NCBI GenBank assembly: GCA_038850275.1
Contig: JAWCLZ010000002.1
Coordinates: 38,993-102,992, forward strand
Direction: 5' to 3'
Length of the DNA: 64,000 nt
From: Methanocellales archaeon
GTDB taxonomy: Archaea; Halobacteriota; JAWCLZ01
Part shown: piece after piece, positions 9,818-20,106 of the stretch
Layout of the letters: the number at the start of each line of letters is the position of its first letter
Numbering within the stretch: position 1 is the first letter of the stretch
Notes under the pieces: generated by a model
Told to the model about the DNA's origin: nothing
The model's database searches: none
What the model saw: only the letters and a program-made list of their open reading frames with translations
Position numbers and translations under genes: made by a program

Positions 9818-10860
9818 ATTTCCACTCTCTTTTTCTCCTTTTCTAACTCTTTTATTCCCTTATTCTTAAACTCGATTTTCTTTCTATAATAACTCAGCGG
9901 ATGCGTTATTGAACTGCAGATTTTATCCCTCCCCAAGCAGTTCCCGTAAGTTGCCATTGTTGAACAGCTAGGCGTGGTATACGCAGTTCCGCTTTTACCT
10001 GAGATATGCTCAACTTGATACCTAGTTTTTCCTTCATCGAAATCTGGAAGGGCTTTGAAAACCTCTATTACCTCCTCAACCTTCATGCCTATGTTAAGTA
10101 GAAAAGCAGTTAGCGCGAACCTCGCTGAATGCGGTAGATTTATTCCCATACTTGTATTTCTCAATAAAGAAGCCATGCAGGGGGGAAAGCAATCGACCTC
10201 TACGCTCTGTAGCTTCCCATGTTCATAGCGTGACTTCTGCTTGAGAAGCCTAGCGCTAACCATATTTACTTCGCTTGAGAGGAGCTTTCTTATTTCCATA
10301 GGCACTTCCAGTGGAAGTGAATTTTGAATTTTTCTGCGAATGGCTTCCTGCATTAGCCTAGCGATTTCATTCTTAGAGATTGCCACTTTACCTAACTGAA
10401 GCCTTCTATTAACCAATTTCCACTTGGCATCTTGAATTCCACTTGCTAGATGAAGGTAAATAGGGAAGGGGAGATAGATTTGTGAATTCCAAATAACTTT
10501 GATTTTCAAGTCCTCGCAGATTTCTCTTAAGACATCGTTTTCTTCTTCTTTTAAATATTGATATGCAGCTTTGGCCTCAGCAAGTGCATATCTCCGGGTT
10601 AAATAGGGATCGTTTAAAATGGATATAATTATCCTTGCAATTGGATATGAATAAAGCTCCACTTCCAATAGAATCTCTTCTTTAAAATTAGGCTTTTTGA
10701 TTTCTCCATCTAGGGCTTGAAGTATTCTCTCCACTGCTCTTCTTCTAACTTTTTTTGCAAAATAGTCATCAGTCAATAAACTTTCAATTTTCCTATTGGA
10801 TTGCCTCACGAATTCATGAACCTTGGTGGTGAAGGGATATTTTACTAAAAATGGAAGCAT
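9814..10860 (-). CDS. priL: DNA primase large subunit PriL
   Basis: KYPF, FPPCM, LPHSARF, YQVEHI, C-terminal Fe-S cysteines, HPLSYY; start set to ATG 10860 next to the pcn stop. Confidence 0.93.
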   Translation of the reverse strand: MLPFLVKYPFTTKVHEFVRQSNRKIESLLTDDYFAKKVRRRAVERILQALDGEIKKPNFKEEILLEVELYSYPIARIIISILNDPYLTRRYALAEAKAAYQYLKEEENDVLREICEDLKIKVIWNSQIYLPFPIYLHLASGIQDAKWKLVNRRLQLGKVAISKNEIARLMQEAIRRKIQNSLPLEVPMEIRKLLSSEVNMVSARLLKQKSRYEHGKLQSVEVDCFPPCMASLLRNTSMGINLPHSARFALTAFLLNIGMKVEEVIEVFKALPDFDEGKTRYQVEHISGKSGTAYTTPSCSTMATYGNCLGRDKICSSITHPLSYYRKKIEFKNKGIKELEKEKKRVEI

Positions 10861-10861
10861 C

Positions 10862-11602
10862 TTAATCTGTTTCAATTCTAGGAGCTATGAGATAGCTCAC
10901 TGAGCCATTGCCATTTGCTATTTCAAAATCGAATTTAACTGGATAGTCCTTGCCTAGATAAATTGTTACCTCCTTTGCCTTAGCAATTGCTTTGCTCACA
11001 TCGCTTAAGTAATCCAAGGAAAAGAGAGAGCGTACATCCCCAGCGCTGGTGAGGCTTATTAGCTTGTCCCTTGAGATTTCAAGGCGAACTTTATCAGTAT
11101 CCCCCTCTGCCTCCATGTAGAAGATATCGCCTTTCACGCCAAGTGCCATGTGGTCTCCAATTTTCTCACTTGCCTTCACTGCTCTGCGAAGCTCACTACC
11201 ATCAACCACTATTCTCGCAGGTAGTTCTAAATTTGGCACCTTTGGTTCTTTCCTAATTGTAGAGGGATCAAGCAATGAAAGGGTGTAGATAAGCCCACCT
11301 ATTTTTATTTTAAGCTTGTGAGCAACCTCATCGAGCTCAAGTTCCACTAAATCACCCTTATTAGCCATTCCAAGTATATCCCCAAGCTTGATGAGATCAA
11401 TTCCAATCTCGCCCTCCGTGCTTTCATATGATGCAAAAGCTTGAGGGCTTAAGCTAAAAGACACCATAGCGACATTCGCGGGATCTACAGCTCTTAATGA
11501 AATTCCATCCTTGCTTAGTTTAAATTTGGCTTCATCAACAAGCGTGGCAATTGCCTCGATTGAGTCCTTCAAAATATCTGCTTCAATAACAGCTTTGAAC
11601 AT
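10862..11602 (-). CDS. pcn: DNA polymerase sliding clamp PCNA
   Basis: MFKAVI start, AVDPANVAMV, FSLDYL, YLIAPRIE. Confidence 0.97.
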   Translation of the reverse strand: MFKAVIEADILKDSIEAIATLVDEAKFKLSKDGISLRAVDPANVAMVSFSLSPQAFASYESTEGEIGIDLIKLGDILGMANKGDLVELELDEVAHKLKIKIGGLIYTLSLLDPSTIRKEPKVPNLELPARIVVDGSELRRAVKASEKIGDHMALGVKGDIFYMEAEGDTDKVRLEISRDKLISLTSAGDVRSLFSLDYLSDVSKAIAKAKEVTIYLGKDYPVKFDFEIANGNGSVSYLIAPRIETD

Positions 11603-11697
11603 CTTTCTCCTCTCCATCAATCGAAATCAAAATACAATAGACAGATGCTAAGTTATATTTTTCGCTTGCTTATTATTCCTTAATTATATCCGCTTTT

Positions 11698-12024
11698 TTA
11701 ATTGTACTCCCGCCAAGTTCTCTTGCACTTTGTACAGCGGAAGAAGCGAACTTCACTTTCATCACTCCTACGAAGCTGACGGATCCACCAATAGGCTTCT
11801 GAGTTGCCGCACTCAGGGCATTTTGCATTAGTCACTGGGAGAACTGCGAATTCATCCTCAATTAAACGCTGCAGCTTTTCACGTCCCTCAGTCTTGGAAA
11901 TGTAATGATTATTGTTGAATGGTATTTCCTCTCCACATTTTCTACATCGATATATCTTGAGTTCTCCCTCCCTCATAGGTAGCATGAGGCTTTTGCATTT
12001 AGGGCAGAATTCCACCATGGTCAC
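11698..12024 (-). CDS. tfs: Transcription factor S (TFS/RpoM)
   Basis: Two Zn ribbons; QLRRSDESEVRFFRC retains the catalytic DE. Confidence 0.94.
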   Translation of the reverse strand: MTMVEFCPKCKSLMLPMREGELKIYRCRKCGEEIPFNNNHYISKTEGREKLQRLIEDEFAVLPVTNAKCPECGNSEAYWWIRQLRRSDESEVRFFRCTKCKRTWREYN

Positions 12025-12087
12025 CAGAATAAATTGTAGATTTTTAATTAGTTGTAATTAATTATAAGCTTGATGGTCTCCATATTT

Positions 12088-12717
12088 TTATCTCTTAACA
12101 CTTACCCTTCCCTTGCTTTCAACTAACTTCAAACCAAGCTTGTTTAGATATTCTGCAGCCTCCCCGCTGCCGTGGATTAATAGCTCAGCGATGTCCCACA
12201 CTTCATCGATATCGCACGCTGTATAAAATGAATCATATGCTTTAAAGGAAAGTCCAGCTTCCAAAGCGATTCTTTTATGCTTTAAATAGCTTATTTCATA
12301 ATAATCAGCTCTATATTTAGAAGGATGCCTTACTAGCATTATATTCGTGCCCCCTCCCTTCCCAAAGGCTATGACTATGTCTTCCTTGCAAGCAATGATT
12401 TCATCTATATGCCTAGGTTGAATTAGAGGTAGATCTGCCATTACAATTAAAATCTCTTCTTTTGCTTTAGCGAATTGCTCATTGATAGCTTCACTTAATC
12501 CTTTATCGCTCACTTCAACCTCAACCTCGGCTTCTATATCCTCCAGCCCTTCTCTACTCATAGCGAGTACTTTAACCTCGCTTACCTTTGATTTCTTAAG
12601 CGCTTTTATCACATCCTTCAGCATCGCTAGAGCGAATTTTTCCCTCTCCTCTTGATTGAGGAGTGAGGCTAGTCTTGATTTAGCGTTTTGCTTTTTAAAG
12701 GGTATGATTGCCTTCAT
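12088..12717 (-). CDS. cofC: 2-phospho-L-lactate guanylyltransferase
   Basis: MKAIIPFK..AKSRL, IVMADLPL, GGGTN, DIDEVWD; start set to ATG 12717. Confidence 0.93.
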   Translation of the reverse strand: MKAIIPFKKQNAKSRLASLLNQEEREKFALAMLKDVIKALKKSKVSEVKVLAMSREGLEDIEAEVEVEVSDKGLSEAINEQFAKAKEEILIVMADLPLIQPRHIDEIIACKEDIVIAFGKGGGTNIMLVRHPSKYRADYYEISYLKHKRIALEAGLSFKAYDSFYTACDIDEVWDIAELLIHGSGEAAEYLNKLGLKLVESKGRVSVKR

Positions 12718-12762
12718 TTTACCACAGCTAAGTTTTAATCTCCATTTTACCAAAGCTAAGTT
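12715..12762. repeat. 20-bp direct repeat (1 mismatch) duplicating the cofC start codon and leader
   Basis: cattttaccacagctaagtt at 12715-12734 and cattttaccaaagctaagtt at 12743-12762. Confidence 0.9.
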
Positions 12763-12797
12763 AAATTAGTGATCAGTATAATTTTTTTATTGCGACT

Positions 12798-13865
12798 ATG
12801 AATGATATTAGTATAAAAAGACGTGCCCTTCAAATCCTTGAGACACCTGAGGAAAAACTTCCTCTTCATAGACCAAGCTATGTTTCCTTCTCAAGAAATG
12901 TTTTTATTCCCCTCACTAATGTATGTAGAAATAAATGCGGTTATTGTGGATTTAGAAGAGATATTAATAGCAATGAGGCATACTTGCTCACCCCTGAAGA
13001 AGTAATTTCCATTTTTAAACGAGGCAAAGCAGCTGGGGCTACTGAAGCTCTTTTTACATTTGGGGAGCTACCTGAGTTGATTCCTGAGTTCAAAGAATGG
13101 CTGGGTAAACTTGGCTATGATAGAACAGTGGACTACCTCCATGACTTATGTAAACTAGCTCTAGAATATGGTTTGCTGCCGCATTCTAATCCAGGGATTT
13201 TAAGTTTTAGTGATATGAAAAAACTTAAATCGGTGAATGCTAGCATGGGCTTAATGCTTGAAACAACTGCAAAACTTAAAGCACATCGCTTGAGCCCTGG
13301 GAAAGCACCGGAAGAGAGACTAAAGGTCATTGAAAACGCTGGCAAGCTTCAAATCCCATTTACCACTGGGCTATTGATAGGAATAGGTGAAACTTGGGAG
13401 GATAGAGTTGATTCCCTGCTTGCAATACGCAAGCTTCAAGATCAATATGATAATATTCAAGAGGTGATAATTCAAAACTTCGTGCCCAAGCCAAGAACTG
13501 AGATGAGCGATCATCCACCTCCTAGTTTCGAAACCATGAAGAGAATGGTGATACTTGCTAGAGCAATACTTCAACCTGAGATAGCAATTCAAGTCCCCCC
13601 AAATATCTTTCCATATTCACTAGTTAAATATGGGGCAAATGACTTTGGAGGTATATCAGAGGTAACAATTGACTATATAAATCCAGAGGCAGCTTGGCCT
13701 ATGCTTAGTGAACTCAAGCGCCTTGCCAATGGCATTCCTCTTAGGGAGAGGCTGCCAATTTATCCGCGCTTTGTAAAGCGAAAGTGGTATAGCGATTTAA
13801 TAGGAGAATTAATTGAAAAATTAGCGAATGAAGAGGGATTTCGATCAAATGAAGTTGATTTGTAA
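12798..13865 (+). CDS. cofG: FO synthase subunit CofG
   Basis: [39 protein letters not shown]. Confidence 0.95.
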   Translation: MNDISIKRRALQILETPEEKLPLHRPSYVSFSRNVFIPLTNVCRNKCGYCGFRRDINSNEAYLLTPEEVISIFKRGKAAGATEALFTFGELPELIPEFKEWLGKLGYDRTVDYLHDLCKLALEYGLLPHSNPGILSFSDMKKLKSVNASMGLMLETTAKLKAHRLSPGKAPEERLKVIENAGKLQIPFTTGLLIGIGETWEDRVDSLLAIRKLQDQYDNIQEVIIQNFVPKPRTEMSDHPPPSFETMKRMVILARAILQPEIAIQVPPNIFPYSLVKYGANDFGGISEVTIDYINPEAAWPMLSELKRLANGIPLRERLPIYPRFVKRKWYSDLIGELIEKLANEEGFRSNEVDL

Positions 13866-14877
13866 TTCAAAACAAGAGGCTAAAAAACTGCTTAAATTGA
13901 ATCCATTTAAGCTATTCGCCCTCGCGGATGAGTTGCGGGAGGAACTTGTAGGTGAAATTGTAACCTATGTTATTAATCGAAATATAAATTTCACAAACAT
14001 CTGCCAAGCTAAATGCAAATTCTGCGCTTTCCACTCTAGAGGTGGAGATGGCTTTTTTTTAAGCTTGGAGGGAATTTTGAAAAAAGTGGAGGAAGCTATA
14101 AAGTTGGGTGCAACTGAGGTATGCATCCAAGGTGGTTTATATCCTGGGATGAAGCTTGAGGATTATTGCAATATAATTAGAGCAATTAAGGAGAACTATG
14201 ATATTCACATTCACGCCTTCTCGCCAATGGAAGTTTTACACGCGGCTCGAAATTCCAAGCTCTCAGTGGAGAGTACTCTAAGGATTTTAAAACAAAATGG
14301 CCTTGATTCAATGCCTGGCACTGCAGCAGAGATATTAAACGACCGCATAAGAAGAGAAATATGCCCTCGGAAGCTAAAAACTAGCGAGTGGATTGCAATT
14401 GTGAAAAAAGCCCATGAACTGGGAATTCCAACAACTGCAACGATGATGTATGGTCATGTTGAAAGCCCTGAGGATAGAATAAACCACATGTTTTTAATTC
14501 GAAACCTTCAGCGAGAAACACATGGATTTACGGAATTCATTCCCCTCACGTTTATGTCAAAAAACAATCCACTAGGTGAGAAATCCCCAGGCGCTAGTGG
14601 TCTAGAGGATTTGAGAGTAATAGCCTTAGCTAGACTTATCTTCGCTGGCGATCTTAAAAATATCCAAGCCTCTTGGGTGAAACTCGGGGTAAAGCTAGCG
14701 CAAGTTGCACTTCACTGTGGAGCAAATGACTTGGGAGGTACATTGATGGAGGAAAATATATCTAAATCAGCTGGGGCTAAAACTGGGGAATATTTATCTC
14801 CACAGGAATTTGTCAAGTTAATTAAAGCAGCTGGTAGAGTGCCTAGGCAGAGGAGCACTTTATATGAACTACTATAG
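13828..14877 (+). CDS. cofH: FO synthase subunit CofH
   Basis: [45 protein letters not shown]; adjacent to cofG. Confidence 0.93.
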   Translation: MKRDFDQMKLICNSKQEAKKLLKLNPFKLFALADELREELVGEIVTYVINRNINFTNICQAKCKFCAFHSRGGDGFFLSLEGILKKVEEAIKLGATEVCIQGGLYPGMKLEDYCNIIRAIKENYDIHIHAFSPMEVLHAARNSKLSVESTLRILKQNGLDSMPGTAAEILNDRIRREICPRKLKTSEWIAIVKKAHELGIPTTATMMYGHVESPEDRINHMFLIRNLQRETHGFTEFIPLTFMSKNNPLGEKSPGASGLEDLRVIALARLIFAGDLKNIQASWVKLGVKLAQVALHCGANDLGGTLMEENISKSAGAKTGEYLSPQEFVKLIKAAGRVPRQRSTLYELL

Positions 14878-14888
14878 GGAATTGAGAT

Positions 14889-15950
14889 ATGCGCATACTT
14901 AAACACCGACTTAGGGATCAAGAGGGCGAGATAACTATTGTGCCTGAATCTCTAGATGATCTATGGCATTTGAAATATGTACTTGAGAAGGGCGATTTAA
15001 TTTATGCAGATACAATGCGTAGAGCAGAGGTACCGGGGGATAAAATTCGGCCTGAGAAGGCTGAAAAGCGACCTGTGCGCTTGGGATTGAGACTTGAAAA
15101 TGTGGAGTTCCATAAATTTGCAAATCGACTCAGGTTAAGCGGTGTAATAGAGCAAGGGGTGGACATTGGGAGCTATCATACCATTAATATTGAGCCAAAT
15201 TCTGAGCTCTCCATAGTTAAAAAATGGGAGAAGGATCAAATTGAGCGCTTGAATGAAGCAGTGAAAGCGAGTAATCAACCTAAAGTTGCAATTATAACTA
15301 TCGAGGATGGAGAAGCAGTCTTTGGATTGGTTAGGCAATATGGAGTGGAAGAAGTTGCTTATGTAAAAGGCTCCAGGGGTAAAAGAGGAGGAGGAGATCC
15401 TAGGGGGGAATTCTTTAGCGAAGTGCTTGAAAAACTCAATTTGCTAGCAGCGAGCGCTGAAGTTTTTGTAATCGCAGGTCCAGGTTTTACTAAGAAGGAT
15501 TTCATTGCTTATGTAAAAGAGCGAAAGCCTGAGCTTGCAAGTAAATTCATGATGGAGGACACTTCATCCATAGGGACGAGTGGCTTTCAAGAGGTATTAA
15601 GAAGAGGCGCCATAGATCGCATTATCAAGCATTCTCGAATTACACAAGAAGCTATCCTCATCGAAAAACTACTGCGGGAGATAGCTAGAGAAGAGGGAAA
15701 GGGAAAAGCTGCTTATGGTATGGCTGAGGTTATTAAAGCTAGTGAATATGGAGCGATAGAAACCCTGCTTATAGTGGATGAAACTCTTCGTGCAGCTAGG
15801 GGAGGCGAGGGAAAAAAGGTGGAAGAACTTTTGAAGAAAGTGGAGAAAGCGCAGGGGAGAGTAGTTATATTTAGCAGTGAGTTTGAACCTGGCAAGAGAT
15901 TGCAAGCACTTGGGGGGATAGCTGCACTATTGAGATTCAAAGTTGATTGA
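14889..15950 (+). CDS. pelA: Pelota/Dom34 ribosome rescue factor
   Basis: PESLDDLWHL, GSYHTINI, AGPGF, LGGIAALLRF. Confidence 0.96.
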   Translation: MRILKHRLRDQEGEITIVPESLDDLWHLKYVLEKGDLIYADTMRRAEVPGDKIRPEKAEKRPVRLGLRLENVEFHKFANRLRLSGVIEQGVDIGSYHTINIEPNSELSIVKKWEKDQIERLNEAVKASNQPKVAIITIEDGEAVFGLVRQYGVEEVAYVKGSRGKRGGGDPRGEFFSEVLEKLNLLAASAEVFVIAGPGFTKKDFIAYVKERKPELASKFMMEDTSSIGTSGFQEVLRRGAIDRIIKHSRITQEAILIEKLLREIAREEGKGKAAYGMAEVIKASEYGAIETLLIVDETLRAARGGEGKKVEELLKKVEKAQGRVVIFSSEFEPGKRLQALGGIAALLRFKVD

Positions 15951-16034
15951 TAGTGAATTGTTTTCTCCATGCAATTGAGATTGAATTTGCAATAAGTCTT
16001 CTTATCACACCTTCGGATTGGATAGCTGTAGTTT

Positions 16035-16355
16035 TCAACCGTACATCCTCGATGTGTCAGATGTTTCTTTAGATACTCCCTTCTTCAAAGTTTCTTCGAG
16101 TTCTTTAATATGAGAGTTCATCCATTCAGCAATGCTCTTGAACTGCGCTGGTGACATGCGAATGTCTATTATCAACTCTCGATTGATCTTCTGAAGCTTC
16201 ATAGCTCCAGTTGGTTCTTCAAGCATCTCAGGTACAAGTCGATCTACATAGAAGATCATCCTTCCCTCATCAGGGCTTAATCCACCGAAAACGCCATTTA
16301 TATATATTACTTTATATTCAGGACTCTTGGTTAGTTCAAATTTTACCTTATGCAA
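16035..16355 (-). CDS. Conserved hypothetical protein (DUF3467-like)
   Basis: IYINGVFGG...MSPAQFKSIAEW pattern; TTG 16355 follows GGAGGGTGA. Confidence 0.6.
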   Translation of the reverse strand: MHKVKFELTKSPEYKVIYINGVFGGLSPDEGRMIFYVDRLVPEMLEEPTGAMKLQKINRELIIDIRMSPAQFKSIAEWMNSHIKELEETLKKGVSKETSDTSRMYG

Positions 16356-16419
16356 TAAAATCACCCTCCAAGTTATTTAGCCTTCACTCTCCAAGTTATA
16401 TTTAGCGCCTTCGCCTCCT

Positions 16420-18159
16420 CTAAGTAACAATGCCTTTTAATTTTTCTCTATATAGCTTGAGCATTTCAAGTGCCTCCTCCTCGCTGAGCTTACCCTGGAG
16501 GCACTCTGCTTCAAAGAAGCGCTTGGGGATTCTTACCTCAGTTAAGCTGAAGCCCTCTCGCTTTTTAAATTCATATTTAAGCTTGAAGATCTCTCTTCCA
16601 ATGTCAGCAAGCTCTTCCTTGGTTTTCTTAATCCCAAGGGCATCAAGTGCCCTGGAAACAATTTCTTCGCTGTAGACATTCCTCGCAAAGAGGCAGATAA
16701 CTAGAGAGTTCAACATAGCGCGAGTATTATCCTCGCAAATAATTGCATCAATGATCTGCTCCTTACTTAAGCGCTGCTTAGCAGCCTTTTGATCAATACT
16801 ATAACCAGCGTTATCCAAGTGACCGTGCCTAGGACCCACGATATGTCCTATTAGATTGGCATAGCCAGTGTGATACCCAGCGATCTCTAGTCCACCAAGT
16901 GCAATGGCAAAGTCCTCCCCTCCATATTTCTTCGCCGCTGCTATTACTCCCTCAGCTAGAGTTTTGTAGAATTCATTTGGCTGTTTAACGATCAACTCTA
17001 TAGCTTTCAAGTAACCCTCTACATCTCCCCATCGCAGCTGTACATTCATGGTGTCTCTCTTCGAAATCAAATGATTCTCATATGCTTCCGTTGCCCAGCC
17101 AAGCACCACTCCAGTGCTCAATGCATCTAAACCAAGGTGATCAACTCGCTCAATAAGGCGAAGCACTCCCTCAGCAAGTGGTATTCCTAAAAAGCTACCT
17201 AGAGCATAGATTGGCTCATAATCATATGGTATTAATTTGGTTTCAAATTCAAAGCCCTCTGCAAATGGAATGCGAAGCATGGCTATATGTATGCAGCCAA
17301 CTGGACAGGGAACGCATGCCATATGCCTTGTTAAGTAGTTCTCAGCAAAATGCTCGCCTGATATATAATCTGCATATTCAAATTGAGCAGTTTGTAGATT
17401 CCTAGTTGGTAAGGCTTTAAGTCGATTGAGTGCATTTACATTTATCGAAGTACCATAGTCGTGATATTTCTTTAACAAATCAGTTCCCACGATTAAATCA
17501 TAGATCTCTTTATATACTTCTTTATATTTCTCTAAATTTGCAATTGGAATCTCATGCGAGCCTGAGATCACAATTGCCTTCAAATTTTTGCTTCCAAAAA
17601 CAGCTCCTAAGCCAAGTCTACCGAAATGGCGATAAGTATCCACGTTGACATTTGCATATCTAACTTTTCTCTCCCCAGCGACTCCAATTCTAATTATACT
17701 TCGCTTCCCAGCTCCTGGCTCAATTTTTCGCAATATTTGTCCAACTACATATGCACTGCTAATTCCCCATATAGAGGATGCATCTTTGAATTTTACCTCG
17801 CCATCGTGGATGGAGAGATAAACTGGGCGCGGGGCTTTGCCTTTGATCACAATCGCGCCATAGTTTGCAAAGCGCATGGCAGCTGCCAATCTCCCCCCTG
17901 CGTGGCTCTCTCCAAGTTCATTTGTAAGCGGTGATTTAAACATAGCTACAACCTTTGTGCAAGTGGGAAAGATTGCTGAAAGTGGTCCAATAGCTAAAAT
18001 AATGGGGTTCTCAGGCGAGAATGGATCTATCCTCGGAGGGCATTCTTCAAGCAATAGCTTTGTGGCAACTCCACTGCCTCCTAGATATTTCTCAAAGAGA
18101 TCATAGCGATTCTCGACCTTAACTTTCTCCTCGCCTAGATTTATATAGAGTACCCTCAT
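16420..18159 (-). CDS. Aldehyde:ferredoxin oxidoreductase family (tungstopterin) protein
   Basis: KSPLT..GESHAGG, GRLGLGAVFGSKNLKA, CVPCPVGC, YDYE, GLD, LVICLF. Confidence 0.92.
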   Translation of the reverse strand: MRVLYINLGEEKVKVENRYDLFEKYLGGSGVATKLLLEECPPRIDPFSPENPIILAIGPLSAIFPTCTKVVAMFKSPLTNELGESHAGGRLAAAMRFANYGAIVIKGKAPRPVYLSIHDGEVKFKDASSIWGISSAYVVGQILRKIEPGAGKRSIIRIGVAGERKVRYANVNVDTYRHFGRLGLGAVFGSKNLKAIVISGSHEIPIANLEKYKEVYKEIYDLIVGTDLLKKYHDYGTSINVNALNRLKALPTRNLQTAQFEYADYISGEHFAENYLTRHMACVPCPVGCIHIAMLRIPFAEGFEFETKLIPYDYEPIYALGSFLGIPLAEGVLRLIERVDHLGLDALSTGVVLGWATEAYENHLISKRDTMNVQLRWGDVEGYLKAIELIVKQPNEFYKTLAEGVIAAAKKYGGEDFAIALGGLEIAGYHTGYANLIGHIVGPRHGHLDNAGYSIDQKAAKQRLSKEQIIDAIICEDNTRAMLNSLVICLFARNVYSEEIVSRALDALGIKKTKEELADIGREIFKLKYEFKKREGFSLTEVRIPKRFFEAECLQGKLSEEEALEMLKLYREKLKGIVT

Positions 18160-18160
18160 T

Positions 18161-18571
18161 TTAAAGCACCTCTATGGTTTCAAGCGCGAGTACATCATGC
18201 GGGCAGAACTTGGCACACCAGCCGCAGTGCGTGCAAGTAAGCGGTCTCCCCTCCCTATCGATGGTTATAGCTCGGATTAAACAAGCCTTTGCACATTCTC
18301 CACAAGAGTTGCACTTTGAGGCATCGAATTTATTTCCCCCTCCATCTCTTGCTAGAAGGGCTCCAGTTTTACATGCTCTCACGCAAGCTGGATCAGCGCA
18401 AGCTCTGCAAGCTATAACATTGAACTCGCTTTCAATTCCCCCAGCTGTAACCACCTTTATAGCGCTGTCATCAAGTGATACTTTTTTAAATCTATTGCGA
18501 GCGCACGCGAAAACACAGCTTAAGCAGCCTATGCACCGCTCTGGATTTTTAACCTTGATTCTTTTAACCAT
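18161..18571 (-). CDS. Polyferredoxin-type 4Fe-4S subunit of the AOR-family enzyme
   Basis: Four CxxCxxxC-type motifs; ends 1 bp before the AOR start. Confidence 0.9.
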   Translation of the reverse strand: MVKRIKVKNPERCIGCLSCVFACARNRFKKVSLDDSAIKVVTAGGIESEFNVIACRACADPACVRACKTGALLARDGGGNKFDASKCNSCGECAKACLIRAITIDREGRPLTCTHCGWCAKFCPHDVLALETIEVL

Positions 18572-18655
18572 ATAAACTTATCAATTCATTTTAAAAATAT
18601 AAAAATTGCTTTTGTAGGCAAAAATTTAGATAGAACTATCGAGATAGGAGGAAAT

Positions 18656-19864
18656 GTGAAGATCCCAAGAGTAATACTCTACACCGGTAAAGGCGGCACT
18701 GGGAAGTCTGTCATAGCTAGTGCCACTGCTCTTAAAACTGCGAGCTTGGGATATAAAACTATCATAGTATCCTCGGATCCTGCTCATACACTTATGGATG
18801 CTTTTGAAAAGAAAATAAGTGATTCTCAAACTGAAATTTGCGAGAACTTGTGGGCGATTCAAATAGATTCTATTAAAGAGATGCAGAAGAACTACGCAGT
18901 TATTCAAGAGTATCTAACCTCTGTGCTTTCAGCTAAGGGAATAGAGGAAACCCTAGCCTATGAAATAGCCACAATGCCTGGGATGACTCATGTGTTTGCA
19001 CTTCTCAAAATCGAGGAACTATTGAGAGAACAGCAGTTTGAGGTAATAATTCTCGATACAGTTGCAGCGGGCGAAGCCCTTAGATATATACATTTCCCCA
19101 AACTCTTCGGGAGCATAAGCAGAAAACTGATGAACATCGCAGGCTCAGTAGCTAGTGCAGCAAGAGTTATACAACCCCTCATAGGACTGCCTGCTCCAAG
19201 AAAAGAGGTATTCCAATCTGAGGTGGAGTTCATTAAGAGGCTTGAAAAACTAGGGGATATTCTTAAAGATTCAAACATCACGAGTTTAAGGCTTGTGGTC
19301 AACCCTGATTCCTTTAGCATTGAAAATACTCGAAGAGCTCTATTGCTTTCAAACCTATATGGAATAAATGTAGATCTAGCTATAATCAACAAAATCTTGC
19401 CAGAAGGAATAGGCGATCCATTTTTTAAAAAATGGATTGAGCTTCAGAAGAAATATATAGCTGAAGCAGAATCAAGTTTTTATCCACTTCCCATTAAAAA
19501 GGTAATGCTCTTCGAATCAGAGCTAAAGGGCATTGCTAGACTTAAAAAATGTGGAGATGAATTATTCCAGAATGAAAATCCCGCTATAGTTTACTTCAAA
19601 GGTTCTCCATTCAAAATCATTACTAAGGATAAAGAACTTGTTTTAATGGTCAAAGTTCCCTATGTAAGTAGAGAGATGATAAACGATATTGAAAGAATCG
19701 GAGATGAACTCTTGGTAAAGATAAACACCGAAGTTGGAGATATAATACGAATCATACCCCTTCCAACAGCTGCACTTCAAATGAAACTCTCAAGAGCTAA
19801 GCTTATAAACGATGAACTGCATATTACCTTTATTGATGAGAGAGAGGGAGAGCAGCGCTATTGA
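18656..19864 (+). CDS. ArsA/Get3 (TRC40) family ATPase with C-terminal HSP20/alpha-crystallin-like domain (Get3d type)
   Basis: GKGGTGKS, SSDPAH, ILDTVAAGE, IINK; no CxxC; C-terminal beta-domain RIGDELLVK...RIIPLP...AKL..DELHITF. Confidence 0.88.
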   Translation: MKIPRVILYTGKGGTGKSVIASATALKTASLGYKTIIVSSDPAHTLMDAFEKKISDSQTEICENLWAIQIDSIKEMQKNYAVIQEYLTSVLSAKGIEETLAYEIATMPGMTHVFALLKIEELLREQQFEVIILDTVAAGEALRYIHFPKLFGSISRKLMNIAGSVASAARVIQPLIGLPAPRKEVFQSEVEFIKRLEKLGDILKDSNITSLRLVVNPDSFSIENTRRALLLSNLYGINVDLAIINKILPEGIGDPFFKKWIELQKKYIAEAESSFYPLPIKKVMLFESELKGIARLKKCGDELFQNENPAIVYFKGSPFKIITKDKELVLMVKVPYVSREMINDIERIGDELLVKINTEVGDIIRIIPLPTAALQMKLSRAKLINDELHITFIDEREGEQRY

Positions 19865-20105
19865 GGATATCGCAAGGGGTGTGGCGAAGTTAATGGCATT
19901 GCCTTTTTCTGAGACATTTGACCAAGTTCTCATAGAGAGTTTACCTAAGAAATATGCTCAAACTACTGAGCATCTTATAAATGCAAGAATTGAGTTCTTA
20001 AGTGCACTAAAGAGCTTGTTGGACTTGAAAATAGAGAGACTTAAAGAAGTTAGAGAGAAAATCAAAGAAAAACCTGAGAAAAAGGAAAAGGTAAAAGTGG
20101 AGTAA
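19836..20105 (+). CDS. Small helical hypothetical protein coupled to the ArsA/Get3 gene
   Basis: Overlaps the ATPase 3' end; amphipathic EHLINARIEFLSALKSLLD helix; C-terminal KVKVE; start 19812 or 19836. Confidence 0.75.
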   Translation: MRERESSAIEDIARGVAKLMALPFSETFDQVLIESLPKKYAQTTEHLINARIEFLSALKSLLDLKIERLKEVREKIKEKPEKKEKVKVE

Positions 20106-20106
20106 A

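Noticed and set aside
11698..12024. Inhibitory TFS4-like paralog
   Set aside because: The catalytic Asp-Glu pair is intact, so this is a normal cleavage factor
18656..19864. Arsenite-resistance ArsA
   Set aside because: Single nucleotide-binding domain, no metalloid-binding Cys set, and no arsB/acr3/arsD/arsR neighbours
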